NCBI RefSeq assembly: GCF_004010195.1
Contig: NC_057752.1
Coordinates: 13,101,357-13,165,356, forward strand
Length of the DNA stretch: 64,000 nt
Direction of reading: 5' to 3'
Source: Chiloscyllium plagiosum
Taxonomy: Eukaryota
The notes below the pieces were generated by a model, which was given only the letters and a program-made list of their open reading frames with translations, made no database searches and was not told the DNA's origin. This document shows, in pieces, positions 13,601 through 24,779 of the stretch (the stretch's first letter is position 1; each line of letters begins with the position of its first letter). A program made the translations under genes and the position numbers.

Positions 13601-14020
13601 TAACTTTTCAATAGGATGTATATCCTTGAATATTCAGCTCCCAATCCTGAACCCCTTGCAGCCACGACTTTGTGATGTCCACCACGTCTTAGCACGCAAT
13701 TTTGATCTGCACCACAATCTCATTTACCTTATTCCTTATACTATGTGCATTCATATATAACACCTTCAGACCTGTATTAACCGTCCCACTTCTCGTTGTC
13801 ATTAGTTTGTCTAGTGTGCTTGAAGTTTGATTGCTAACACTTTCCATGCACTCGGTCCTATTTCTGTCTGTGCTGGAGATTTTAATAACCTCTGCTGAGT
13901 TCCGCAATCTCACCTCCTCCTTTAATTCAGATTTACTAATTTCCACGATAACTGAGCCCTAACCCCCCTCCCTCCCCATCCCCCATTTAGTTAAAAGCCC
14001 TGTTAAGTTAAGCCCTGTTT
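10628..14020 (-). mobile_element. Long decayed CR1 LINE (APE start through RT to 3' tail) inserted in the 60-bp minisatellite
   Basis: Minus-strand ORFs: LKVLYMNAHSIRNK (13689..13946), GGSDHRVIEF, SPGPDGLHHRVL, SQHGFIKGRSCLTNL, GVPQGSILGP..FADDTK and WNSLPQ. Confidence 0.92.
11940..12265 (+). mobile_element. HE1-like tRNA-derived V-SINE nested in the CR1
   Basis: A box tggctcagtggtt, B box ggttcaattcc, core tgtctgtgtggagtttgcacattctc, tail gggccgaagggcctgtttc. Confidence 0.85.
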
Positions 14021-14024
14021 CGTG

Positions 14025-14550
14025 AAAGACCACATTCTGATCTCTGTATCTAAGGAGGGATCTACTTGTATTGGGGGTGAGACAGGGACCACATTCTGAT
14101 CTCTGTATCTAAGGGGGGATCTACTTGTATTGGGGGTGGGACAGGGACCACATTCTGATCTCTGTATCTAAGGAGGGATCGACTTGTATCGAAGGTGGGA
14201 CAGGGACCACATTCTGATCTCTGTATCTAAGGAGGGATCTACTTGTATTGGGGGTGAGACAGGGACCACATTCTGATCTCTGTATCTAAGGGGGGATCTA
14301 CTTGTATTGGGGGTGAGACAGGGACCACATTCTGATCTCTGTATCTAAGGAGGGATCTACTTGTATCGGGGGTGGGACAGGGACCACGTTCTGATCTCTG
14401 TATCTAAGGAGGGATCTACTTGTATCGAAGGTGGGACAGGGACCACATTCTGATCTCTGTATCTAAGGAGGGATCTACTTTTATTGGGGTGGGTCAGGGG
14501 CCACATTCTTATCTCTGTATCTAAAGAGGGATCTACTTGTATCAGAGGTG
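14025..14550. repeat. About 59-bp minisatellite, right block (about 9 units)
   Basis: Same unit as 9770-10627. Confidence 0.95.
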
Positions 14551-15015
14551 GTGTAGCAAAGATTCATTCAATTGATCCTCGATATAAGAAGCGATGGTGA
14601 GAGTCTGAGTAAACTGGGTTGATGGTCTGTGCGGTGGAGCAGAATGAGCAGGGATCTCATTGAGGCAGGCTTGATTCTGAAGGGCTTCGACGGAGTCAGT
14701 ACTGAGAAGTTGCCCCCGGCTGGAGAATCAAGAACACACAGGGATGAGGGGGGTGGGAACTAGTCTCAAGGTAAGGGGACGATCATTTTGGGCTGAGTTC
14801 AGGAGACATTTCTTCCTTCAGAAGGTTTTGAGTTTTCACACATCTCTACCTCAGAGGGTTGTAGATGCTCCATCACTCACAGTTAAAGCCAAGAAAGACA
14901 GAATTTTGATCTCCCAGTAGCTCAAAGGAGCAGGCGGGAAAGTGGAGTTGGTCAGCCATGATCGTATCGAATGACAGATCAAGTCTGAGGGGCATAATGG
15001 TCTCTTATTCCTATT
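14550..15015 (+). mobile_element. Old CR1 3' remnant, continuing the CR1 piece at about 9700-9770
   Basis: QRF..LI, E.LSKLG and GDLIE-like remnants, plus the tail gttggtcagccatgatcgtatcgaatgacag. Confidence 0.6.
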
Positions 15016-15139
15016 TCTGGGGTTCAGAAACTGCCGAATCCTTTTGGTAGTGATCCCAGTGTAGGGCACAATCACATTTGATTGGTCAGGAATGCTGTGA
15101 TCCATTTGTTTTTAAGTTCCATGATCATCTCAGTGTCAA

Positions 15140-15400
15140 CCATGGCTCAGTTGGTAGGCACTTATGGCTTTGAGTCAGAAGATGGAGTCCCATTCCAGTA
15201 ACACATACAAAGTCTGAGCTGATTCTTCCAGTGCTTAGGAAAGATGTTCTGTCAGGCATGCAAACCTGAACTAAGACCGTATCTGCCTTCTCAGGTCAGC
15301 AAACAAAATCTCATGCAATTATTTTGTTGAAGCACAGTGATTTTCCTCCTGCTTACTGGTTAACACTTGACCAACATCACTTAAAAAAGCAGACTTGAGT
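15140..15400 (+). mobile_element. Old SacSINE1/Deu-domain-like SINE; further copies at about 30740-30930(-), 44105-44360(+), 57790-58080(-)
   Basis: tRNA-like head ggctcagttggtag and tctgccttctcaggt..ccaacatcact. The 44105 copy has gaggcccttgccctctcaggtgga..gctgtttgtgggatcttgctgtgcacaaa..cattggctgtaaagc. Confidence 0.6.
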
Positions 15401-15417
15401 TTATAGGTGATAGATTA

Positions 15418-15775
15418 GGGAGGAGATAGCCTAGTGGTATTATTACTGTACTGTTAAATCCATCACCTCACACCTCCCAGGTAATGTCCTGGGAAACCAG
15501 GTTTGAATCCTACCACGGCAGGCAGTGGAATTTGAATTCACTAAAAATCTGGCATTGAGAGTCTAATGATGACCATGAATCCAATGTCGATTGTTGGAAA
15601 ACCCCATCTGGTTCACTACTGTCCTTTCGGGAAGGAAACTGCCATCCTTACCTGGTCTGGCCCACAAGTAACTCCAGTCCCACAGCAATGAGGTTAACTC
15701 TTAATTGCTCTCAGGAATGGGCAATGAATGCTGGCTTAGCCAGTAACATCCTCATCCCATGAATGAATTTTTTAA
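15418..15775 (+). mobile_element. tRNA-derived SINE family B; copies at about 31619-31980, 46467-46760, 60258-60605, plus minus-strand pieces near 30945-31620 and 50840-51390
   Basis: Copies share agcctagtgg..ggttcaaatcc, aaaacccatctggttcact..cctttagggaaggaaactgccatccttacc and a cccatgaatgaa tail. Confidence 0.8.
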
Positions 15776-15819
15776 AATCTTGCTTATGGAGACTGGCAGA
15801 GCCCTTTTGAGAATATAAC

Positions 15820-16780
15820 AGAGCATGGTTTTGTGCAGGGGAGGTCGTGCCTCACTCGATTGAGTTTTTTGAGGAGGTGACGAAGATGATTGATGAGGAA
15901 AAAGCGGTTGTCTACATGGTCTTCAGTAAAGCCTATGGCAAGGTCCCTCATAGCAGACTGATCCAAAAAGTGAAGTCACATGGTATCGGGGGGGTGAGCT
16001 GGCAATATGGGTACAGAACTGGCTTAGTCATAGGAGACAGGGTAGCGGTGGAAGGATGCTTTTCGTAATGGAGGGCTGTGACTAGTGGTGTTCCACAGGG
16101 GTCAGTGCTGGTCGTGGTCTACACAAATGATTTAGAAGAAAACAGAGCTGGTCTAATTAGTAAGTTTGCGGACAATACAAAGATTGGTGGAGTTGCGGAT
16201 AGTGAGGAGGATTGTCAGAGGATACAGCAGGATATAGATCAGGTGGAGGCATGGACTGAAAAATGGCAGATGGAGTTTAATCCAGACAGGTGTGAGGTGA
16301 TGGATTTTGGAAAGTCATGTACAAGTGGAAATTATACAGTGAAAGGCAGAATCCTTCGGAGTATGAGATGCAGAGGAATCTGGGTGTCCAGGTCCACAGA
16401 TCACTGAAGGTCACAGCGCAGGGAGATAAGGGAGTAAAAAAGGCCTATGGCATGCTCCCCTTCATTGGAAGGGGCATTGAGTATAAGGATAGACAAGTTC
16501 TGCTGCATCTTTATAGAACTTTAATTAGGCCACAGTTGGAATATTGTGTCCAGTTCTGGTCACCACACAACCAGAAGGATGTGGATGCTCTGGAGAGGGT
16601 ACAGAAACGGTTTACAAAGATATTGCTTGGTAGGGGGGAGTTTTAGCTAGGAAGAAAGGTTGGATAGACTGGAACGCAGGAGCTTGAGGGGGCGACCTAA
16701 TAGAAGTTTATAAGGTTGTGAAAGGCATGGATAGAATGGGCAAGTGCGTAACTTTGCAGTATGGTCAGTGCCCCTAGTTT
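15820..16780 (+). mobile_element. CR1 RT fragment
   Basis: TSGVPQGSVL..SKFADNTKIGG; LYRTLIRPQLEYCVQFWSP. Confidence 0.85.
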
Positions 16781-17364
16781 GCCAACCCAATTCTGCTCCT
16801 CCCACCCGAGGTAGAAACAGAGACAGAATGCCCAATTAAAATAGGTAAAATTATATTCTAGACCCCCCCCTCTCCACAATGGATATCCAGCAGCTGAGAC
16901 TGTATACTGAGATGGCTCCTCAAGGTGATGGTGGCCTTCTCTGTCCCTTCCCTGCAATGCCAGGCAGCAGCTCCTTCCGTGTTCAAGGGCCTCCATATGC
17001 CTTCCCCAATTTCAAGAGCCCAGGCACCATCCTTAATTAGACAACAAGCGTGACTTACGACCACTAATTGGCCAAATGAGGGAAAGTCGGATGTTGGTGC
17101 CCCGACCCAAAACCCCAGCCATGACATTCAAATAAATGATGGTAAGAAGAGTTAGAATCATTTCATCCAAAAGAAAGGACTGGGTATACAGGTGGAGAAC
17201 TTGATGATAGGCTTCCTATTGACCTGTGCTCAATGGCACCTCCCTCCGGAACCCTGAGGTCAATTACTGTTGTTCGGGAGGGTTTTGGGGAGTGGGTGGC
17301 AAATATGACTGAATGTGTCTAGGGGATGTGTGCCCATCTTCCATTGTGTTTCCCATCTAGCTCA

Positions 17365-17955
17365 GAATATAGGAGTTGGGAGATCATGTTGTGGCTGTAT
17401 AGGACATTAGTTAGGCCCCTTTTGGAATACTGTGTTCAATTCTGGACTCCCTACTATAGGGAGGATGTTGTGAAACTTGAAAGGGTTCAGGAAAGAGTCA
17501 CAAGGATGTTGCCAGGATTGGAGGGTTTGAGCTACAGGGAGAGGCTGAATAGGCTGGGGCTGTTTTCCCTGGAGCGTCAGAGGCTGAGGGATGACCTTAT
17601 AGAGGTTTATAAAATCATGAGGGGCATGGATAGGATAAATAGACAAGATCTTTTCTCCAGGGTAGGGGACTCCAAGACTAGAGGGCATAGGTTTAGGGTG
17701 AGAGGGGAAAGATATAAAAGAGACCTAAGGGGCAACTCTTTCACGCAGAGGGGGGTACGTGTATGGAATGAGCTGCCAGAGGAAGTGGTGGAGGCTGGTA
17801 CAATTACAGCATTTAAAAGGCATCTGGATGGGTATATGAATAGGAAGAGATGTGGGCCAAATAGTGGCAATGGGACTAGATGAATTTAGGATATCTGGTC
17901 GGCATAAATAATTTGGATTGAAGGGTCTGTTTCCATGCTGTGCATCCCGATGACT
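17365..17955 (+). mobile_element. CR1/HER1 3' fragment
   Basis: ORF 17326..17883. Confidence 0.9.
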
Positions 17956-18329
17956 CTGCAAGTCAACTTCAAATGCTTCTGCCCCTTCGCTGAATTGCCA
18001 TGGAAACACATGAGCTGTGACACAACTTCCTACTTGAACCGGAGCATCCATCATTTGAAAGGTCGTCCCAAGAGATCCGAATGGGAAACAATTACATCTG
18101 CTGGAGTGCTGAACTTCAACCAGGGGGCGGGGAGTAGTTCCAGTCCTGTCCTCCCTCTGAGGTCTCCCTGAGCGGTACTGCAGGTCTGCCTGTGGCCAGG
18201 AGATGATATGTTTTCGGCAGCCAAGAATGTTGTCATCAAGCCCCCTGACCAACGGCTGGGACTGGGACCTCCAGCATCAGCAGCTCACATTCCATAGCCT
18301 TTGTAAATTAATAAACCACCATCAACTGG

Positions 18330-19195
18330 TCACAGCGCCAGGGACCGGGTTCGATTCCAGCCTCAGGTGACTGTCTGTATGGAGTTTGCACATTCTCCCC
18401 ATGTCTGCGTGGGTTTCCTCCGGGTGCTGCAGTTTCCTCCCACAGTCCAAAGATGTGTAGGTTAGATAGATTGGCCATGCTAAATTGTCCCGTAGTGTGC
18501 AGGCTAGGGTGGATTGGCCGTGCTAAATTGTCCCATACTGTCCAGGGATGTGCAGTTTAGGGTGGATTGGCCATGCTAAATTGTCCCATAGTGTCCAGGG
18601 ATGTGCAGGTTAGGGTGGATTGGCCATGCTAAATTGTCCCATAGTGTCCAGGGATGTGCAGGTTAGGGTGGATTGGCCATGCTAAATTGTCCCATAGTGT
18701 CCAGGGATGTGCAGGTTAGGGTGGATTGGCCATGCTAAATTGTCCCATAGTGTCCAGGGATGTGCAGGTTAGGGTGGATTGGCCATGCTAAATTGTCCCA
18801 TAGTGTCCAGGGATGTGCAGGTTAGGGTGGATTGGCCATGCTAAATTGTCCTGCTACATTGTCCCATAGTGCCCAGGGATGTGCAGGTTAGGGTTGATTG
18901 GCCATGCTAAATTGTCCCATAGTGGCCAGGGATGTACAGGTTAGGGTGGATTGGCCATGCTAAATTGTCCCATAGTGTCCAGTGATGTGCAGGTTAGGGT
19001 GGATTGGCCATGCTAAATTGTCCCATAGTGCCCAAGGATGAGCAGGTTATGATGGATTGGTCATGCTAAGTTGTCCCATAGTGATAAGGATAGGGTAGGA
19101 GATTGGGTCTAGGTGGGATGCTCTTTGGACGGTCAGTGTGAACTCGATGGGCCAAATGGCCTGCTTCCACACTATAAGGATTCCATAATGATTCT
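18330..19195 (+). mobile_element. HE1-like SINE with internal 53-bp unit expanded to about 12 copies
   Basis: Head cacagcgccagggaccgggttcgattcc, unit ttggccatgctaaattgtcccatagtgtccagggatgtgcaggttagggtgga, tail gggccaaatggcctgcttccacact. Confidence 0.9.
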
Positions 19196-19334
19196 ATGAG
19201 TCGTCAGAGGCCAACGTACTGTATGCGTCGAATTACAGTAACATAAGAAACAGGTGCAGGAGGAGGCCATTCAGACCATCAAGCCTTGCAGAAATATCTA
19301 TCATTAGTAATGAGTTGGAAAATGTGACCTATGA

Positions 19335-20968
19335 CTGAACAGGCTGGGGCTGTTTTCCCTGGAGCGTTGGAGGCTGAGAAGTGACCTTATAGAGGTTTAC
19401 AAAATCATGAGGGACATGGATAGGGTAAATAGACAAGGTATTTTTCCCTGGGGTCAGGGAGTCCAGAACTAGAGGACATAGGTTTAGGGTGAGAGGGGAA
19501 AGATATAAAAGGGACCTAAGGGGCAACTTTTTCACGCAGAGGGTGGTGGGTGTATGGAATGAGCTGCCAGAGGAAGTGGTGGGGGCTGGTACAATTACAG
19601 CATTTAAAAGGTTTCTTGATTGGTACATGAATAGGAAGGGTTGAGAGGGATATGCGGCCAAATGCTGGCAAATGGGACGAGATTAGGTTAGGATATCTGG
19701 TCAGCATGGACAGGTTGGACCGAAGGGTCTGTTTCTGTGCTGTACATCTCGACTCTTATGACTCCATTTATGAATACGGGTCAGGTGACTGGAGAGTGGC
19801 TGATGTTGTGCCTTTGTTTAGGAAGTGATGTAAGGAGAAGTTTGATAATGATAGACCTGTGAGTCTGACTTTGGGGGTGGGTAAGTTGTAGGTGGCGATT
19901 CTAAAAGATAGGATTTACATGCATTTGGAGAGGCAAGGAATGATTAGGCGTAGTCAGCATGGTGTTGTGCGAGGGAAATTGTGTCTCACAAAACTTGATG
20001 TTAGGAGACAGAGGGTGGTGGTGGAGGATGTTTCTCAGACTGGAGACCTGTGACCAGCGGTGTTCCACAGGGATCGGTGCTGAGTCCACTGTTCTTTGTC
20101 AGTTATATAAATGATTTGGATGTCAATATAGAAGGCATGGTCAGTATGTTTGCTGACAATACCAATATTGGTGGTGCAGTGGACAGTGAAGAAGGTTATC
20201 TAAGATTACAAAGAGATCTTGATCAGCTGGGTCAATGGGCTGAGGAGTGACGGATGGAGTTTAATTTGGATAAATGTGAGGTATTGCATTTTGGTAAAAC
20301 AAACAAGGGTAGGACTTATACAGTTAAGAGTAGGGTAGTGTTGTAGAACAGAGAGACCTGGGGTTCAGGAACATCATCCTTTGAAGTTTGTATCACATAT
20401 AGACAGGGGGTTAAGAAGGTGTGTAGCACACTGGCCTTCATTGCTCAGTCCTTTGAGTGTAGGAGTTGGGACGTCATGTTGTGGTTGTCCAGGACATTGG
20501 TGAGGCCTCTTCTGGAGAACTGTGCCCAGTTCTGGTCGCTCTGTTACAGGAAGGATATTATTAAGCTGGAGAGGGTTCATAAGATATTTACCAGAATGTT
20601 GCCGGGTATGGAGGGACTGAGTTAAGGGGAGAGGTTGGATTGGCTGGGGCATTTTTCATTGGAGGTTGAGAAGGTTGAGGGGTGACCTTATAGGAGTTGA
20701 TAAAATCATGAGGGGCATGGATAATGTGAATGACAGGTATCTTTTCCCTAGTTGGGGGGATTTCAAGACTAGGGGACACATTTTTAAACTGAGAGGAGGA
20801 AGATTTAACTTCCTAAGGAAGTGGTGGATGTGGATACAGTACATGAAATGGAAAGGTTTGGAGGGAGATGGGCCAGGAGCAGGCAGGTGCGAATAGTTTA
20901 GTTTGGGATTATGGTTGGTATGGACTGGTTGGACTGAAGGGTCTGTTTCCTTGCTGTATGAACTCTGT
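19335..20968 (+). mobile_element. Two CR1 fragments (about 19335-19765 and 19775-20968)
   Basis: TSGVPQGSVLSP..FADNTNIGG; RLRGDLI; 3' tails at about 19760 and 20965. Confidence 0.85.
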
Positions 20969-22447
20969 AAGGCAGCAACACCATTCAAATGGACAATGGC
21001 TGATTTTCTTACCTCAAGTCCATTTGCTTGCACTATCTCTTGATACCTTTACTCTATCAATCTCTGTCTTGAATATACGCGATGACTGAGCCTCCCCAGC
21101 CTTCTGGGGTGGAGAGTTCTAAAGATTCACCACCTTCTGGGTGAAGAAATGTCTCCTCACCTCAGTCTGAAAAAGCTGCCACTTATTCTGAGCCTACGTC
21201 CCCTGGTTCTAGACCGTCCACAGCTGGGTGGAGGACTGCATCTTCTCTGTCAAGGCCTGTCAGAATTTTGGGAGTGTCAATGAGTTCACTGAACTAAACC
21301 ACAGAGAATACACCTCGCTGTCTCCTCACAGAACATCCCAGGGGTCAGACTAATGACCCTTCATTGCACTTTGTCTTTTGCAGGTATCAGCTAGGTCACT
21401 TATGTGAGGAGATGGCATTCCGATACAGACTGGCCATGATCCCATTGAGCAGAGGAACAGATTTAAGGGACTGAATGGTGTCTCTGTGCCCCTGTTATTC
21501 CTATGCAGCTTAAACATCAAACATCTTGCAGTTAGCCTGTGTGAGAGTCAGGGACAGTTGCTTCATCCACCTTGGTACAGTTCTTTTAATAGAACCCATT
21601 TAAAATAAATCAATTGATATCTCTCTGGAAATAACCTACAGCAGAGTGGCATTAAGCATTGGCAGTCTCAAAGCTTTGGCCTTCCAGGATGTGCACTTGT
21701 GTTTTAAAAAAAAAATACAATGAGAAGTGTTTAAGTTGTCATCTTCTGGCACCAATATTAATTTTTTAAATTAAGACAAAGTCCACCTTTTGTTCAGTTC
21801 ACAGCTCTTGGGTTCACAAGGTTGAGGGACCACAGACATCAACGATTCTTCAGTCTTGGTTATTTATCTTTTGTATTCATCACAAAGTGCAGGAAACCCT
21901 GCCATTCCTTTGCCCCCTCGTCTCTGTTTTTCTTTAAAAACAATTTCCTCGAGTCAGAATGTCTCTTGTGCCCCCTGTTGTGGCACAATAAGTTCCCGTC
22001 TCCTGCATTCATCACAGGCTACCAGGCCTGGTATACCATCGGTTGATGCTGAGGGGGAAACACTCCAGCAGCTTATGATCAAAGGACACAGCCTCAAATG
22101 CTCCAAACTGCCTCTCTCCGTCCTCCCATTGAACCGGTGATATCAGTGGCAGTGGCACACTCAGCAGTGTTATTCATGCGCCAGTTGCCCCTCATGAAGC
22201 CAGGGGGCTTTGGCATTAGCTTGGCAAAGTGGCCCGCACAACTTGCTACAGCTACGTTGCCGTTGGCTCCTCAGATAGTGTGTGCTTTGATACAGACGCG
22301 AGCTTAGTGGCTGGAGAAAGAGCATTTCAGGGACAGACAGCAGTGAAGATGCTCAGTGTGTGTTATAAGAGGACGGTGTGGGGCCTGTATGGTGTGTTCT
22401 TGTCTGCCGTTAATTCTCAAGTAGAATGAACATGTATTATTTTCCAG

Positions 22448-22537
22448 GAAAGACGGTTACACATGTACGTGGTTTATTGCCAGAATAAACCTAAATCAGA
22501 GCATATCGTCTCCGAGTACATCGACACCTACTTTGAA
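22448..22537 (+). CDS. ARHGEF25: ARHGEF25-like RhoGEF coding exon A (DH domain): [30 protein letters not shown]
   Basis: ttttccag acceptor, 90 nt open (phase 0/0), gtgagt donor. The peptide matches the RhoA-specific DH domain of Trio/Kalirin/p63RhoGEF. Confidence 0.93.
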
Positions 22538-23077
22538 GTGAGTGCCCTTTCATTTCGGTTTGACATTGCACGCACAGTGCTTGGATTAAATTCAACAGTA
22601 ACATGCCCTCGAGCATCTCTTCATAAATAGGGAGACCAGATGGCAAGGTGGTTTGCTCGTCACCTTTTCATCTCTGGAGGGGTGGCTCTGAGTCCTTTGC
22701 AGGCTCCATTTTCACTGCCAATTGTAAAGATTTGACAAAAATTGTGGGTGCAAGTCTGGGGCAATTAATCTGACAGCAACCGGTTCAAAATAAACCATCC
22801 CTTATGGGCTGTAAGGAGGACTGATATGGGAAATGGGTTTAAACTTAAAGCAGAGTAGGTTGAGGGAGCTTTAGTTTCTGGGTGACTAGCTATCACTCCC
22901 CGTATTGACACACTACACTGATCTGAGTGTGAAATTCATGTGAAAAGGCATCAAGTCAGCAGTTTCATGCAGAGAATATGGTGCGCCATTGTGTGGTAAT
23001 TTTGGTGGGTAATGATACTTAGGGAGACCTAAGGCCGATCGGCCTGCCAAAGTAACGTTTTGTCCTTGTTTTTTCAG

Positions 23078-23170
23078 GAGCTGAAGCAGCAACTAGGCCA
23101 CAGGCTTCAGCTGAATGACTTACTTATCAAACCCGTTCAGAGAATCATGAAGTACCAGCTTCTATTGAAG
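23078..23170 (+). CDS. ARHGEF25: ARHGEF25-like exon B (DH): [31 protein letters not shown]
   Basis: ttttttcag acceptor, 93 nt, gtggga donor. Contains the DH signature [21 protein letters not shown] is the ARHGEF25-type variant as I recall it (Trio QLTDLL). Confidence 0.93.
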
Positions 23171-24779
23171 GTGGGGAGCAGTCTGTTCATGCCCGGGCCT
23201 ACTGACAAATAAACAGTGCTTTGTGAGGGGATGTTTGTCGTGGTTTACATTAAAGTCCTTCTGCCATTCCTTAGCTGATCTGTGTATTTTGTCCAAATGC
23301 CTTTTACCACCTATCCAAAGTAGCAACTCCATTGATCCCAGCAACAAAGATGTGGTACTAAGGATAATTATTGGTCAGAATGCATTTGGAGTTGTGTGTG
23401 GTTTGCAGCAGCTTTAGTTAATTCTGTTCTTATGTAACCTTATATCTGCCTGAATTAACTTTGGTTCTCCTCTGCTAGTGCCCATTTTTCTCAACTACTA
23501 GAAGTGCCACCCCTGCAAGACAGTCCTGCCACAATTTTCCTCATCTACTGAAGCAGGGAGGCGCTACTTGCTGTGCCCAGGGGCTGCCCAGATCGCTAAA
23601 TCTGTATAAACGTTGGGCTGTGTCTGATTTCTTGTGAGTTGCGACTGGCACTCTGCAGCGCGCAATTTTACTCTTTGGACCTTGGGAGTTTGAATGCGCT
23701 AAAGCGGCCGCACAATTGAGCACATGGCTGCAGTAATGCCACTGGGCTGTTTACAGAAATGTTAACGAGCTGAAAAGAGCGACACTTTCCCAAAGGCGTC
23801 ACACAGCGCACATGCTTGTGGTTTCCGTTGCTGATTGGCCTCGCAGAATGACCCAGAGGGCCCTGCATTCTCCTTCGGCCCCTTAAATGCAAACCCCACT
23901 GCTTGTGGCAAATAAAACTTGCGGCTTGTGTTAGAAGCCATCCCAGCAGAGCTGTTTGCACCGAGCTCAATTCATCTTGTCGTACAAACTCCTGCAGCTC
24001 CACAACTCTCCTGGAGACTCCTGGACGCAACTGTGAACAGTGCAGGTGGTCAAGTGTGTGTGTGTGTGTGTGCGTTTGGGATGCTCTCCTGGAACACTTT
24101 GAGAGGGGTTGATGGGGTGAGGGAGGGAAACTGTTTGACTGGGTGAGACGATTGAAAGTCTACAGGTCACATGACAAATTCTCCAGGAAGATATGCACAC
24201 ACAGTTCGTAACCCGACTCCAGCAAGTGAGGGATCTGTATGTGTCCGTCATGAGAGCCATTGCATGTGAATTTGTAGACTTTTTGCAATGTGAAAGAAAA
24301 TGTCATTCATTTGTGCCTTTGAGATAAGGGATACCTTCTGAACCTTCATTTTCCAGATTCAAGCATGTTCTTTTTCTGTCATAGAACAGTTGAGTATTGC
24401 TGTATTTGAACAGAAGAAGTGATGTAAAATGAAATACCATTTTGTCGTGCTTTTACTGAGGCATCTTCAAATGTACCATATCGAAGCAAGCCTTAGGCCC
24501 TTCTGGTCTATCTGGTTCGACACAAGGGTCCCCCGCCTCTAATTCATCTCAACTTATCAGTATTATCCTGCCAATTCACCCAGCCTCTAACACAAGTTGG
24601 CCATTTGAGCCTCTCAAGGCTGTTCCACCATTCAAAGAGATCAGCGTGAGGCTAATCTGTGACCTAACTCCACAGAACAGCTTTTTCCCATATCCCTTAA
24701 CACCTTATGGTTGACAAAAATCTGCCAATCTCTCAGTTGGTCTAGCTTGAATTACCACTTGGGGAAGAGAGTTCAAACC

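Noticed and set aside
10628..14020. Potentially active LINE
   Set aside because: ORF2 is broken by many stops and frameshifts plus a SINE insertion, and ORF1 is missing.
18600..19000. Recurrent TTAGGG suggesting interstitial telomere
   Set aside because: A single hexamer per 53-bp SINE unit, not tandem (TTAGGG)n.
1..22447. Expected upstream DH exon (..FLxELxxC..LAxLFxKH)
   Set aside because: Near matches (FVKQ at about 1360, IKQ at about 5210, LLKH at about 15325) lack the correct donor and upstream peptide. The exon was not found and probably lies before the window.
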